From: Squalus acanthias | Taxonomy: Eukaryota | DNA: 64,000 bases | Direction: 5' to 3' | Assembly: GCA_030390025.1 (NCBI GenBank) | Contig: CM059433.1 | Location: 27,716,001 to 27,780,000 of the forward strand | In this document: piece by piece, positions 52,480-64,000 of the stretch | Layout of the letters: each line of letters begins with the position of its first letter | Numbering within the stretch: the first letter of the stretch is position 1 | Notes under the pieces: generated by a model | Seen by the model: only the letters and a program-made list of their open reading frames with translations | Told to the model about the DNA's origin: nothing | Database searches by the model: none | Position numbers and translations under genes: made by a program

Positions 52480-52960
52480 AAGCATACAGCATGAAAGGAA
52501 GCTATTCGACCCATTGTGCCAGTGCCAGCTCTTTGCAAGAGCTATCCAATTAGTCCCACTCCCCTGCTCTTTCCTCATAACCCTGCAGAGTCTTCCCCTT
52601 CAAGTATTTATCCAATTCACTTTTGAAAGATACTCTTGAATCGGTTTCCACCACCCTTTCAGGCAGATCATAACAACTCGCTACACAATTCCCCTCATGT
52701 CACCTCTGGTTCTTTTGCCAATTACTTTAAATCTGTGTCCTCTGGTTACCGACCCATTTGCCACTGGAAACAGTTTCTCCTCATTTACTCTATCAAAACC
52801 CTTCATGATTTTGAACACCTCTATCAAATCTCCTCTTAACCTTCTCTGCTCCAAGGAGAAGAACCCCAACTTCTCTAATCTCTCCACATAACTGAAGTCC
52901 CTCATCCCTGGTACCATTCCAGTAAATCTGCACCCTCTCCGAGGCCTTGCCATCCTTCCC
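52480..52960 (-). mobile_element. CR1 3' fragment
   Basis: RRLRGDLIEVFKIMKGFDRV peptide. Confidence 0.82.
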
Positions 52961-53425
52961 ACAGGGAATTAGTCTTACAGGGGATCTAAAAACAACACTA
53001 TTTGTACCATCGCCTCACATTAGCACTTAGTGACCCAATTATCCTTTTTAACATTCCTCTTTTTAAAAAAAACAAACACACACCAGCTTTGAAACGGTGG
53101 AAGCCAGTGTAGCTGCTTTCAGCGAGTTAAATGTCTCTTCTAAAGCATTTGTGATGGATTTCCTGCTCTGTAGGAACCCAAGTAGAACAATTGATGGATC
53201 AGACAGATGGCTTTAACAATGAACAACTTAGCTCTGCTTCAGCTTCCACATAACACTTGCAGCCACATCAAACAGTGCCCGAGATGCATATTTAAAAAGC
53301 TCCTTTTGTCACTGGAGAATAATGAGGCGGCAGAACTTTGTGCGTAAATATTTATCAAACACATCTCCATTTGTGAAATAAAGGGGACACACACCTTCCC
53401 CAACAGAGGAGAGAGTGTTACGTAC

Positions 53426-53632
53426 CTGCTGAGATCTCTGTATAGCAGCATCGATTTCTTCCACCTTCTGCGCTATGGTGTCACTCGCTAATCTGTACCG
53501 CTCGTTGTCATCAGACACCAGCTTGTCGAGTCCTTCTCTCGCTCTCCATGGGACCAGCTCCAACAGAGCGCTGCTGACCTCGTTAACAGTGTCCAGGCTC
53601 ACCCTGTGTTCCATCATCTCTTTCCTCAGCTC
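53426..53632 (-). CDS. dst: dst exon ([10 protein letters not shown]...AAIQRSQQ), 207 nt
   Basis: ccctag acceptor, CAG|GTACGT donor; [12 protein letters not shown] motif. Confidence 0.93.
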
Positions 53633-54203
53633 CTAGGGATCAGCACAGAAAGCGAGTTACCTCAGCACACGCTTGTTGGGTTTACTGCATCACTGCGTCG
53701 TGCAACTGTGCACTGCACGAGACGATAAAAGGAACGTACCATCTTCAACACCAAACGGCACAAGTGACCACGCTTCGCCCTCCTCCCCTAAAGTAGGTTA
53801 GCCCCTGTGCTATCTGGCTATATAAACACCACCAATAAAACAGTCTGACCCAAAGGTAAATCACACTATTGTACCAAAACTTCTGCCATCAGACTTACGG
53901 GGAGGGCAATTTTAACTGACAAGATCAGGTGCAACACTGGTTTTATCCCCCGCCCGATTTTGAAGTCAACGGACAATAAGATTGGGCAGGGGTGTAAAAC
54001 CGATGTTCCACCCAATCCTGTGGGTTTCCCAGCCCATGAGTAAGGTTAATATTACCCCCTACTATATCAGTCTATGTTTCTGCACATACTGTGCAAGTAA
54101 AAGGTACAAATAAGTATAAATCAGCTTAAAATTTGAGAGAAAAAAATGGTGATAAAGGAACAAGAACATTTCAGTCTTCACTTGATTGAGGTAATGCAAT
54201 ATT

Positions 54204-54911
54204 GGCCCGTATTTTCCGACCCCCACGGGTGCGTACGAGGTGTGTACGCATCCATAGGGCCTCGCAAGAGCCGGTTTCCTGGCATGCGAAGCGCGTGCAC
54301 TGAAAACCGGCACTTCCGATCTGTCAGAATCCTCTCGACAGATCCTCCGCCTGCCCTGGAGAAGGGCCTCTGCGGGCAGAGAGTTCCGCTTTCGGCAGAA
54401 CCTCCGCCCGCTGAAAACCTTTAAATATATTACGCCTGGTAAAAGCAGGTTTAAGGCCTGCTTTTACCAGCATAAGATTTTTTAAAAGTTTTTTTAAAAA
54501 TTTTCACTCATTTATAATTTTAAAATACTTGTTAAAAAAAGTTTATTTTTAGCCCCGTAAAAAACTTCAATTATTTTTTTCAAAAACTTTAATTTTTGTT
54601 TAAAATATTTAATTGAATGTAATTTTACCTAATTTAAAATGTGATTTTTTTTTAAATTTATTTAATGTTGAGTGTGTTTTTTGAGTGGTCCCCATTCACA
54701 CTTTTGACATGTCTACGCAGAGACCTGTCAAAAGTGTGAAGGGGGATTCCCTTCTTTGATTGGTTCCCCATGGCCCATGGCTTGCGAACTGCCTGCGCCC
54801 CTGGGATACCTGGGCCTCTGCGCGCGTACCAGGAGCGGAAGTGTCGGGACCTACGGTAAGTTGGTAGATTTTTCCAGATCGGAGGAAGCCTCTGATCAGA
54901 AAATCTGGGCC
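54204..54911. mobile_element. PIF/Harbinger-like non-autonomous element (~710 bp)
   Basis: TIR GGCCCGTATTTTCCGA / TCAGAAAATCTGGGCC; GC-rich arms, extremely AT-rich core; flanks ATT/AAT (imperfect). Confidence 0.7.
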
Positions 54912-55046
54912 AATATGTTTTCAAATTGAGACCAATTGTCAAAAGTAAGTTTTAAAAAGTATAATCTTGTTATGTGAAAGCGAGAGTATTTTAAAAATGA
55001 TAACATGATACATAATGAAACACCAAAAAAGCATGTACCTGTGATT

Positions 55047-55224
55047 GGGGTTGATTTTGACATTGTGCGATAGTGTAAATCAGGTAATAGCAAGTCAGCA
55101 GCCTGTCTCATCTCTCTCCCCATTTTTATTTCCAATGGATGGGCCGATGGAACTAAGATGTAAAACGGGCTGCTGATTCCCTATCGTCCATTTTACATTA
55201 TCGCACAAAGTCAAGATCTACCCC
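55047..55224. mobile_element. Short palindromic MITE (178 bp)
   Basis: ~65-bp imperfect inverted arms GGGGTTGATTTTGAC.../...GTCAAGATCTACCCC, ATT TSD. Confidence 0.75.
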
Positions 55225-56424
55225 ATTGAGTCCAATGAATGCGGTTTGGATGAAATGGTAAAACTACAATACCAAAGCTTCAAGTGGTTTCTAATCATAA
55301 CCCCCACTGAGATTAGACAGCAGCCCCGGTCACAGTTTAACCATCTGAAATGCTTTATTTCAGGAGAGGCAATTTTCCGTGGTGATGTCATTCTCCTTGG
55401 CTCTTGCAGTGACTATCAGAGTGTTCCTGATGCACTGTGATGTTTACAAAAGAATTAGCAATTGTGTCATCGCAGCATTTTTTCAAGAAAAAAGTAACGT
55501 GTGGTTAATGACTGAAATGTTCTTAATTAGTAAATAAAATGTAACCAAAACTGCAGTCAATATATCAAGTTGGCATTAACACTAAGGCATACTATTTATT
55601 CCCCCCCAAAAAATGAAAGATCTAGTTTTTAAAATAAGCCCAATTGTGATAATTTTACAGAATTTCTGATAATCACAAGCTCCTGATTCTAATAGTAAGA
55701 TCCTGATTCTAATACTGTAGTAAGATCCCGTCCATTACAGATATTTCCATACGGTCAGTGGGTCAATGAGACTGTTGCACTCCTCTCACTGATACGTTAT
55801 CAATGGCCACTGCTCTCAATACAAACAGATGAACTCTATGCTTTCAACAGCATCAAGACTTTTTATACATCCCAAGAACAGCTGCAGGGAACAATGGAAA
55901 ACATGGGTCTCCATCCTATTGGCTCACTAGTCAGTGGCACCCTGGCTAAAAACACAGGGTTCACTCCGAGGTCACGAATCTCTGCTTGAGCGATTTATTG
56001 ATGCGGTACTGACAACATTCTTCCAACTACTGAAGTGCGAGATTACACAGAAAGCAAACTAACAAATCAGTCTCTGATGCAGCAACTGCTCGTCAAGGGG
56101 CATCAACCGACAATCCTTTTTGCTCAAAGACATCAGTGAAAATTCATCCACAGTGAACCAGCTAAAAATAGCAATGAACTGAAAGTGCCCGTCACCATAA
56201 AACACACAGGCGAGCATGCATGGACACTCTCACTAACGCGCACACACTCATTCACATGATGGAAAAATCCCATTTGTATGTGGCGGCTGAACTAACGAGG
56301 AAAGAAATAAGTGCAGATAAAAAAAAAAAATTGTTCATAATATTGTGGATGTGCCACAGAACGAATGGAGAGAGGGAAATGCATGCACGTACATACAGAA
56401 GTTACAATGTGAAGAAACACTTAC

Positions 56425-56666
56425 TTTTTGTCTTTCCTGTGCTTGAGCCAGCTGTTCTCCTGCAAGTACCTCAGAAGCATATGTGGCCAGTTCAGCCTCC
56501 ACTTTCTCAAGCCAGGTAGCCAACACCTCGTGAGCAGACTGAAACTTGGTAGCGAGCTGGAGGGCCTGTTCCAACGTCTTCAAGACTTTACCACTGGTAG
56601 TGGTGATTTCGGCATAGCGAGCTTTGATGCCATCCAGCCTTTCCTGAATTATTATGACTTCATCCC
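56425..56666 (-). CDS. dst: dst exon (G-DEVIIIQERL...QAQERQK), 242 nt, phase 1 to 0
   Basis: tttgtag acceptor, GTAAGT donor; ORF 56335..56691. Confidence 0.92.
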
Positions 56667-57104
56667 CTACAAAGGCAAAAAAGAGAGGCAAGATACGCCA
56701 AGTATTGTATAAATTAATATGCAGTCAAAAGCAAGGAAAGGAACTATTTCAGATTCTCTTGGGAACGACTCAGCGACCTATTAATGTAATTTGCTAGCCT
56801 GCCAAACGTGATTTCAGCCTGAGTGACGAAAGCTCAAACATTACTCAATGCACTTGAGAAAATCATCAGAAAGCTACACTGTCTATTTGGAGGAAAGCAA
56901 GAAAGAACTTGCATTTATATAGCGCCTTTCACAACCTCAGGACATCCCAAAGCGCTTTAAAGCTAATGAAGTACTTTTTGGAAGTGTAGTCACGATTGGT
57001 TAACTGCTTCATCTGAGGCGGTGCTGCAAGAGTGGTGCAAGGTTGGTGGCCCTGTTTGCCACTCCATGGCGCCATTCCACCATTGATCGGTCAGCATTGC
57101 AGCA

Positions 57105-57570
57105 TGTCATCCAAAACTCTGCTGGCCGTATCTTAACTCGCACTAAGTGCCGTTCACCCATCACCCCCTGTGCTCGCTGATCTACATTGGCTCCCGGTCG
57201 AGCAACACCTCGATTTTAAAATTCTCATTCTCGTGTCCAAATTCCTCCATGGCCTTGCCCCTACCCATCTCTGTAAACTCCTCCAGCCCTACAACTCTCC
57301 AAGCTCTCCGCAATCCTCCAATTCTGGGCTCTTGTGCAACCCCGATTTCTATCACTCCACCATTGGCGGCCGTGCCTTCAGCTGCCTGGGTCCTAAGCTC
57401 TAGAATTCATTCTCTAAACCTCTCCGCCGCGGTCTCCTCTTTTAAGAAGCTCCTTAAAACCTACCTATTTGACCAAGCTTTTGATCACATGTCCTAATGT
57501 CTCCTTTTTGGCTCGCTGTCAATTTTTGTCTGACTAGGCTCCTGTGAAGCGCCTTGGGACATTTTACTAC
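57105..57570 (+). mobile_element. L2-type LINE 3' fragment
   Basis: LADLHWLPVEQH...GGRAFS peptide. Confidence 0.85.
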
Positions 57571-57827
57571 TTGGTCAAAGAGGTAGGTTTGAAGGAGCAG
57601 CTTAAAGAAGGAGAGTGCGCTCCGATGGTGGTGGAGGGGGGGAAGGGGGTGGAGGGGTGCAGAGGGAAGAAAGTACAGAGCAATGATTGCAAAGGCTCAT
57701 GAAAGCCTAAGTATAGCTTATGCTGATGTCTTTGTAACCCTGGACACCCCCCCATTCTATATGAGCGTGATTATGATCCAACACTCTACTAGTGCAATGA
57801 CTGCCAAATTTCATGCAGCTCACTCCT

Positions 57828-59369
57828 GTAGGAAGTGGCCCTAGAAATAGTAGATGCATTGCTGGTCATCTTCCAAAATTCTATAGACTCTGGAACAGTT
57901 CCCATGGATTGGAGGATAGCTAATGTAACCCCACTATTTAAAAAAGGTGGTAGAGAGAAAACAGGGAATTATAGACATCGGTAGTGAAGAAAATGCTAGA
58001 GTCCATTATAAAAGATGTAATAGCAGAGCACTTGGAAAACAGTGACAGGATCGGACAAAGTCAACATGGATTTACAAAAGGTAAATCATGCTTGACTAAT
58101 CGACTGGAATTTTTTGAGGATGTAACTGGTAGAATAGATTAGGGAGAACCAGTGGATGTGGTGTATTTGGACTTTCAGAAGGCTTTCGATAAGGTCCCAC
58201 ATAAGAGATTAGCGTGCAAAATTAAAGCACACGGGATTGGGGGTAAGGTACTGTCTTGGATAGAGAACTGGTTGGCAGACAGGAAGCAAAGAGTTGGAAT
58301 AAACGGGTCTTTTTCCCCCGAGTGGCAGGCAGTGACTAGTGGGGTACCGCAGGGATCGGTACTAGGACCCCAGCTATTCACAATAGATATATATAAATGA
58401 TCTAGACGAGGGAACTAGATGTAATATCTCCAAGTTTGCAGACGACACAAAGCTGGGTGGGCGTGTGTGCTATGAGGAGGATGCAGAGAAACTCCAGTAT
58501 GATTTGGACAGGTTGGGTGATTGGGCAGATGCATGGCAAATGCAGTATAATGTGGATAAATGCGAGGTTATCCACTTTGGTGGCAAAAACAGGAAGACAG
58601 ATTATCTGAACGGCAATAGATTGCGAAAAGGGGAAGTGCAACGAGACCTGGGTGTCCTTGTGCACCAGTCACTGAAGGTAAGCATGCAGGTGCAGCAGGC
58701 GGTTAAGAAGGCAAATGGTATGTTGGCCTTCATAGCGAGAGGATTCGAGTACAGGAGCAAGGATGTCTTGCTGCAGTTGTACAGGGCCTTGGTGAGACCA
58801 CACCTCGAGTATTGTGTGCAGTTTTGGTCACCTTATCTGAGGAAGGATGTTCTTGCCATGGAGAGAGTGCAGCGAAGATTCACCAGACTGATACCTGGGA
58901 TGGCAGGAATGACGTATGAAGAGAGATTGGGTTGATTAGGCTTATATTCGCTAGAGTTTAGAAGAATGAGAGGGGATCTCATTGAAACTTATAAAATTCT
59001 AACAGGACTAGACAGACTAGATGCAGGAAGGATGTTCTCGATGGCAGGGGAGTCCAGAACCAGGGGTCACAGTCTAAGGATAAGGGGGTGAGCCATTTAG
59101 GACTGAGATGAGGAGGAATTTCTTCACCCAGAGAGTGGTGAACCTGTGGAATTCTCTACCACACAAGGCAGTTGAGGCCAATTCATTAAATATATTCAAG
59201 AAGGAGTTAGATATATTTCTTAAGGCTAAAGGGATCAAGGGATATGGGGAGAAAGCAGGGACAGGGTACTGAATTTGGACGATCAGCCATGATCTCATTA
59301 AATGGCGGAACAGGCTCGAGGGGCCGAATGGCCTACTCCTGCTCCTATCTTCTATGTTTCTATGTTTCT
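57828..59369 (+). mobile_element. CR1 LINE, 5'-truncated ~1.5 kb, RT domain to 3' tail, disrupted
   Basis: DVVYLDFQKAFDKVPH, GVPQGSVLGP and KFADDTK motifs; frameshifts and a stop at 58933. Confidence 0.95.
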
Positions 59370-59578
59370 ATCATTTGAATATCTTAAAGGTCTCAGCTGT
59401 TTCCAATGGGAGTGTCCTGCACTTTGCACCCAGGCCCACCAGAAATTCACGTCAGGTGCAAAAGAGGCAGAAGCCCAAAACGCAAACTCTCCGCCCCTGA
59501 TCCCCGCTCCAATGAACTGCTACAAACAGGGTGTAACCGAGAAGTAAATCATCATCCTCGTGTGTCCCGACTGCTTAC

Positions 59579-59663
59579 CTGTTGTCTGTTTCAGTAGCGC
59601 CAATCCGTTCTTAATGGCCTGATCGACATGCTGCTTCCGAAGCATGATGTCCTCGTGAAGAGT
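59579..59663 (-). CDS. dst: dst exon ([10 protein letters not shown]...LLKQTT-G), 85 nt, phase 0 to 1
   Basis: cag acceptor, AG|GTAAGC donor; translated by hand, not in the ORF track. Confidence 0.9.
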
Positions 59664-59836
59664 CTGTTATCGTAGGACAGGTTTGGTTAACGGAAATCGG
59701 TAAAAGCAGAAAACTCAGAGATTCGGCAATGTTTTGATTCAATCAAAGCAACAATGATGAAAAAAGTTCACATAAGGAAAATTATATATTTTTTTAAAAT
59801 GTAGAAAGGAAAAATAAAGCATAATGAAAAAGGTAC

Positions 59837-60163
59837 CAGATGCTCCGAATGCTGTTTCTGAAGAAGATCGGGATTGTAGTCTTGAACGGCCACATTGTTC
59901 AGTTTGTCCTGCACTTCAGCCAACCAGTTCAGAACCTCTACTTCCTCCTCCCCAAAGATCCAGGCATTGGAAAGGGCCTGCTGGATCAGGGCAGCTTTGC
60001 GGCCACACCTGTCCTGGATCTCAATGTACCGAGTCTGGGCAGAATCCAGCCTCCCCTGCACCATGTCTTTATCATCTCTGGAACTCATAGTCTTTAACGA
60101 CTGACCAATGCTAATAGCCTGGTGCAACTGTTTACCGTGACTGAGGACATCATCTTCTGTGGC
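59837..60163 (-). CDS. dst: dst exon (ATEDDVLSHGK...QKQHSEHL), 327 nt, phase 0 to 0
   Basis: tag acceptor, GTACC donor; 109 aa spectrin-repeat-length peptide. Confidence 0.9.
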
Positions 60164-60325
60164 CTACGCAAGGTGTACAAATGAATGAGAAAAGATACTG
60201 TGGAAAAATAAACTGAGGCAGAAAAGAACGGCAACAGAAAGTACTTCCAAAAATAATAATTATGCAAAGATGTAACTTAAAAGTGAAGGAATGAACCGCA
60301 AACCTACACCTGGCTTAATACTCAC

Positions 60326-60485
60326 CTTGTGCTGGGAAATCTGCTCTTGCAGTCTGGAAGTTTGAGTACCAATAGGTTCAGAGTTTGCAACCTTCTTCTC
60401 AGCTGCAGAAAGCCATTCGATCAAGGGCTCCACAGTATCGTGGAACTGTTGAGCCACAACCAAGATGGCCTCCAACTGCCGCTGT
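60326..60485 (-). CDS. dst: dst exon ([15 protein letters not shown]...EQISQHK), 160 nt, phase 2 to 0
   Basis: ctctacag acceptor, AAG|GTGAGT donor; completes the AG|A Arg codon of the previous exon. Confidence 0.92.
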
Positions 60486-60519
60486 CTGTAGAGAAGACAA
60501 GAATAGGAATCTCGCTATA

Positions 60520-60770
60520 AAGGAAGAACGTGCATTTATACAGCGCCTTTCACAATCTCACGACATCCCAAAGCGCTTTCCAGCCAATGAGGTGCTTTTT
60601 TGGAAGTGTAATCGCTAATGTAGGAAATGCGGCAGCCAATTTGCACACAGCAAGTTTCCACAATCAACGCGTTAACGACCAGATCAATTTTTTTGTGACG
60701 TTGGTTGAGGGATAAATGTTGTCTGGGACACCAGGGAGAATTCCCCTGCCGCCCGTGAAATCGAGACATC
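60520..60770 (-). mobile_element. Deu-domain SINE 3' part
   Basis: Homologous to 4762..5072. Confidence 0.7.
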
Positions 60771-61984
60771 CAGAAGATTGAAACCCAAAGTCCATCGGAG
60801 ATAAAATATTGAAATCCTGTCATTTTTGGTTTGTGCCCTCTTGAATACTTTTGATGAAATATGTGACAATATTATCGATAAGCACCCACATCAGCTTCAA
60901 CACTGTTCTCAACCTTGTACGTGGACCAGCTCCTCATTAGCTGTTTCAGTTATTGTTGATATTATATTCGTGCTTTCTAAACAATATATTTTTCGTGAGA
61001 AAAATTACTTTACATAATGATACAGGACCAAGCCAACTGTCTCTGGTCTGCTCTAGAGGGAAGATACAGATCAGCCATGATATCATTGAATGGCGGAGCA
61101 GGCTCAAGGGGCTGAATGGCCTCCTCCTGCAGCTCATAATTACCAGAGCAATTCAAGAGAGGGGAAGGCAGGGGAGCATCCACTCAGCTCGAGCCTCCAT
61201 CGCCTGCTGTGTAACCCACGTGCTCAGTGTTGCACTATTGTATGGCCAGTGACATCACATAATGAATGTATAGTTTGTAAATAAAAAGTAACATTTTTGG
61301 ACTCTAAGGGAATCAAGGGATATGGGGATCGGGCGGGAAAGTGGAGTTGAGGTCGAAGATCAGCCATGATCTTACTGAATGGCGGAGCAGGCGCGAAGGG
61401 CCATATGGCCTAGCCTGCTATTTCTTATGTTCTTATGTAAAACAAAAACAGAAACAACATTTAAAAATCAGGACAGACAAAATTTCCGACTTAAAATACG
61501 GAAAAATGTTGGAAAATGCGGACAGCGTCTGAAAGAGAAAGGTTTACATTTCAGCCATGGCCCTTTATAGAACAGACAAGGCCATTTCTGATTTATCGTC
61601 TCTCTCGTACCATCTGATGTTGTATAATCTGAAGCTTTTAGAAAAAAAACGAAAGAAAAAAATCACTACATAGAAACAGGCATAAAACGCCCAGATACCA
61701 AAAGGGATGGTTCGGGGAATGAACATTGGGTTACGTGGGTAATTAACCGCTGGCCTGTTTTTAAAATCACATCTACCATATAACTGTATCATCCATTAGA
61801 CATTAATTGACATCTGAAGCACAGAAATTAAGCCTTTGTGATCACTTCAGTCTGTTATAATTATACCTAATAACCGAAAACCATAATTATTTTTTTTTTT
61901 ATAAACAGGTCAATATTTTTGTTCATATAATGTGCTTTGTTTTCTAGATGGTTAATTTCCAAGTCTTATTTAAATTGTGAAAAG

Positions 61985-62712
61985 CTAGGAACAGTGGAGG
62001 TCCAAAGAGATTTAGGGTCCGTGTACACAGATCACTAAAATGCAGTACGCAGGTACAAAAGATAATCCAAAAGGCTAATGGAATGTTAGCCTTTATAACT
62101 AGAGGGCCTGAGTATATAAAGGGGAGGAAGTTTTGCTAGTGATACAAAGCCCTGGTTAGACCACATCCCGAGTACTGTGTACAGTTCTGGGCACCGCACC
62201 TTAGAAAGAATATATTGGCCTTGGAAGGAGTGCAGCGCAGATTCACCAGAATGTTACCAGGGCTCCAAGGGTTAGATTATGAGGAGAGATTACAAAAACA
62301 CTGCTTGTATTCCTTGGAATATAGAAGATTATGGGGTGATTTGATTGAGGTTTTTAGGATTTTGAAAGGAATTGATAGGGTAGATAGAGAGAAACTTTTC
62401 CACTGGTGGGGGAGAGTCTATGACAAGGGGACATAACCTTAAAATTAGAGCCAGGCCATTCAGGAGAGAAGTTAGGAAACACTTCTTCACGCAAAGGGTG
62501 GGAGAAGTTTGGAACTCTCTCCTACAAAAAGCAGTAGATGCTAGCTCAATTAATAATTTTAAATCGGAGATCGATAGTTTTGCTAGTCAAGGGTATTAAG
62601 GGTTACAGAACCAAGGCAGGGGGGATGGAGTTAAGATACAGATCAGCCATGATCTCATTGAATGGTGGAACAGACTCGAGGGGCTGAATGGCCTGCTCCT
62701 ATTCCTATGTTC
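61985..62712 (+). mobile_element. CR1 3' fragment
   Basis: ALEGVQRRFTRMLPG peptide and intact tail ending ~35 bp from a dst donor site. Confidence 0.85.
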
Positions 62713-62746
62713 CCAAGTGGGTGCAGATCCACAAATCCTTCTGTAC

Positions 62747-62913
62747 CTGTTTTCAGCTTTGGTCAGCAGGGAATTCCACCTACGACTCAGGCCCTGCAGC
62801 TGATTCAGTGTCTTCTCTCGGTCTGAGGAATCGGCCAACCCAGCGATCTTCTCCCCTTCTCGCTTGGTCATCTCCACGGTTGGTTTGCGATCATCCAGCA
62901 AGTGTTGGAGAAG
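62747..62913 (-). CDS. dst: dst exon (LLQHLLDDRK...LLTKAEN-R), 167 nt, phase 0 to 2
   Basis: aag acceptor, AG|GTACAG donor; spectrin-repeat peptide in ORF 62596..62931. Confidence 0.88.
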
Positions 62914-63539
62914 CTTCATTAGAACAAACATTTAGGGTCAGATTCATGATCAACAGAGTACTCAAGACTTGCTACTCATTCCTATAAACTGAGAGCAGAA
63001 GTCTGTGTTATCCAACTCGAGACCGATTTTCACCATTTTCTTCATTGGCCAACAGTACTGGTATTTACAAAAAGTCACACTGGAATGCACTGCCTGAAAG
63101 GGTGGTGGAAGCAGATTCAATAGTAACTTTCAAAAGGAAATCGGATAAATACTTAAGGGAAAAAGTTGCAGGCTACGGGGAAAGGGGACTCATTGGATTG
63201 CTCTTTCAAAGAGCCAGCATAAGCACGATGGGCCATTCTATGCTGTGTCATTCTATGATGCAATTTTCTGACTGCATCTATTAAAGTTAACCTGTTTTTA
63301 ACCTTAGATATTAGTATACACCAATATCACTGGTTAGCCGATAAGGAGTAATAAACTGTAGGTCGCTGATCACCAGAACCCAGTGCCTCCAGTCATAAAA
63401 CATTTAACCTTTGTCCGTACTCAACTATAATGCTGACATGCACTTTCCTACAGTAGTCACTGTATTGTGATCAGGAGCAGAGACCATAGATGAGGTTTCA
63501 ACCCTCCCCAGCCTGGGGATGCTGAAGCTAGTTGCAGTG

Positions 63540-63704
63540 CAATATTCCCTTTAAGCTGCGAGGCGGCGCGGCTCTCTGCAGCTCCCGTGCAGCCGGCTCA
63601 CCGGCTTTTAAATAGGAAAAACCGCGCAGGCGCGGTATTTGGAATGGGCCGCACAGCCCCTTAAAGGGGCCGCGCACCCAAAAAAAAAACTGAAGGGAAC
63701 ATTG
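63540..63704. mobile_element. hAT-type MITE (copy 5), nested in an older SINE-like repeat
   Basis: CAATATTCCCT/AGGGAACATTG, perfect 8-bp TSD TTGCAGTG. Confidence 0.9.
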
Positions 63705-64000
63705 TTGCAGTGCCCCAAACTTTCACCCCAACTGAGATCAGCTAACTCAGCACAAACCAGGGTTTGAACCTGGGATCTCACTGGCCTGTATAGACGGCTC
63801 AGTTCCACGCTGAGTGATTGGGGGAAAGCTTAGATAATGTTCGGTCACGATGCCGCACTTCATCTAGAGGCACCATTTGAGTCTGCTGAGCGAGTGATCA
63901 GATAATCGAAGACTTCAACTCCATCGAGGCTAAGAAAGAAAATTAGCCACTTTGTGTTTCAAGATGACAACTTCTGAGAAAGCTGTCTGGATGAAGACCA

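Larger units (their letters stand above)
4203..62913 (-). other. dst: Dystonin (spectraplakin) gene, partial: spectrin-repeat rod, 24 exons in window, extends beyond both ends
   Basis: 24 exons with AG/GT boundaries and compatible phases join into 4097 nt of open frame. Residues such as [44 protein letters not shown] and [14 protein letters not shown] match recalled DST rather than MACF1. Confidence 0.9.

Noticed and set aside
4203..62913. Assignment to MACF1
   Set aside because: Diagnostic residues ([34 protein letters not shown]) fit recalled DST better; reciprocal BLAST and synteny would settle it.

Overview
Vertebrate genomic DNA, very probably a shark or other cartilaginous fish (inferred from the HE1/V-SINE, Deu-SINE and CR1/HER1-type repeats). 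The whole window lies inside one large minus-strand gene, the spectraplakin dystonin (dst/BPAG1), in its spectrin-repeat rod. I resolved 24 GT-AG exons (62913 down to 4203) that splice into one open frame of 4097 nt (~1365 aa); the gene continues past both window ends. Introns hold CR1 and L2 LINE fragments, tRNA-derived SINEs, a five-copy hAT MITE family with 8-bp TSDs, PIF/Harbinger-like MITEs with 3-bp TSDs, Penelope-type hairpins with hammerhead-ribozyme cores, a ~5 kb purine-rich compound satellite and a 39/46-bp minisatellite. Best leads: (1) a 189-bp copy of a dst exon plus its splice acceptor inserted into a CR1 3' tail in another dst intron; (2) a candidate 9-nt in-frame microexon (Val-Met-Glu); (3) minimal hammerhead ribozymes in Penelope-like hairpins. 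I see no evidence for a wholly new multi-gene system; there is no CRISPR array or prokaryotic-type locus. Family names and ortholog comparisons are from recall, not database searches.
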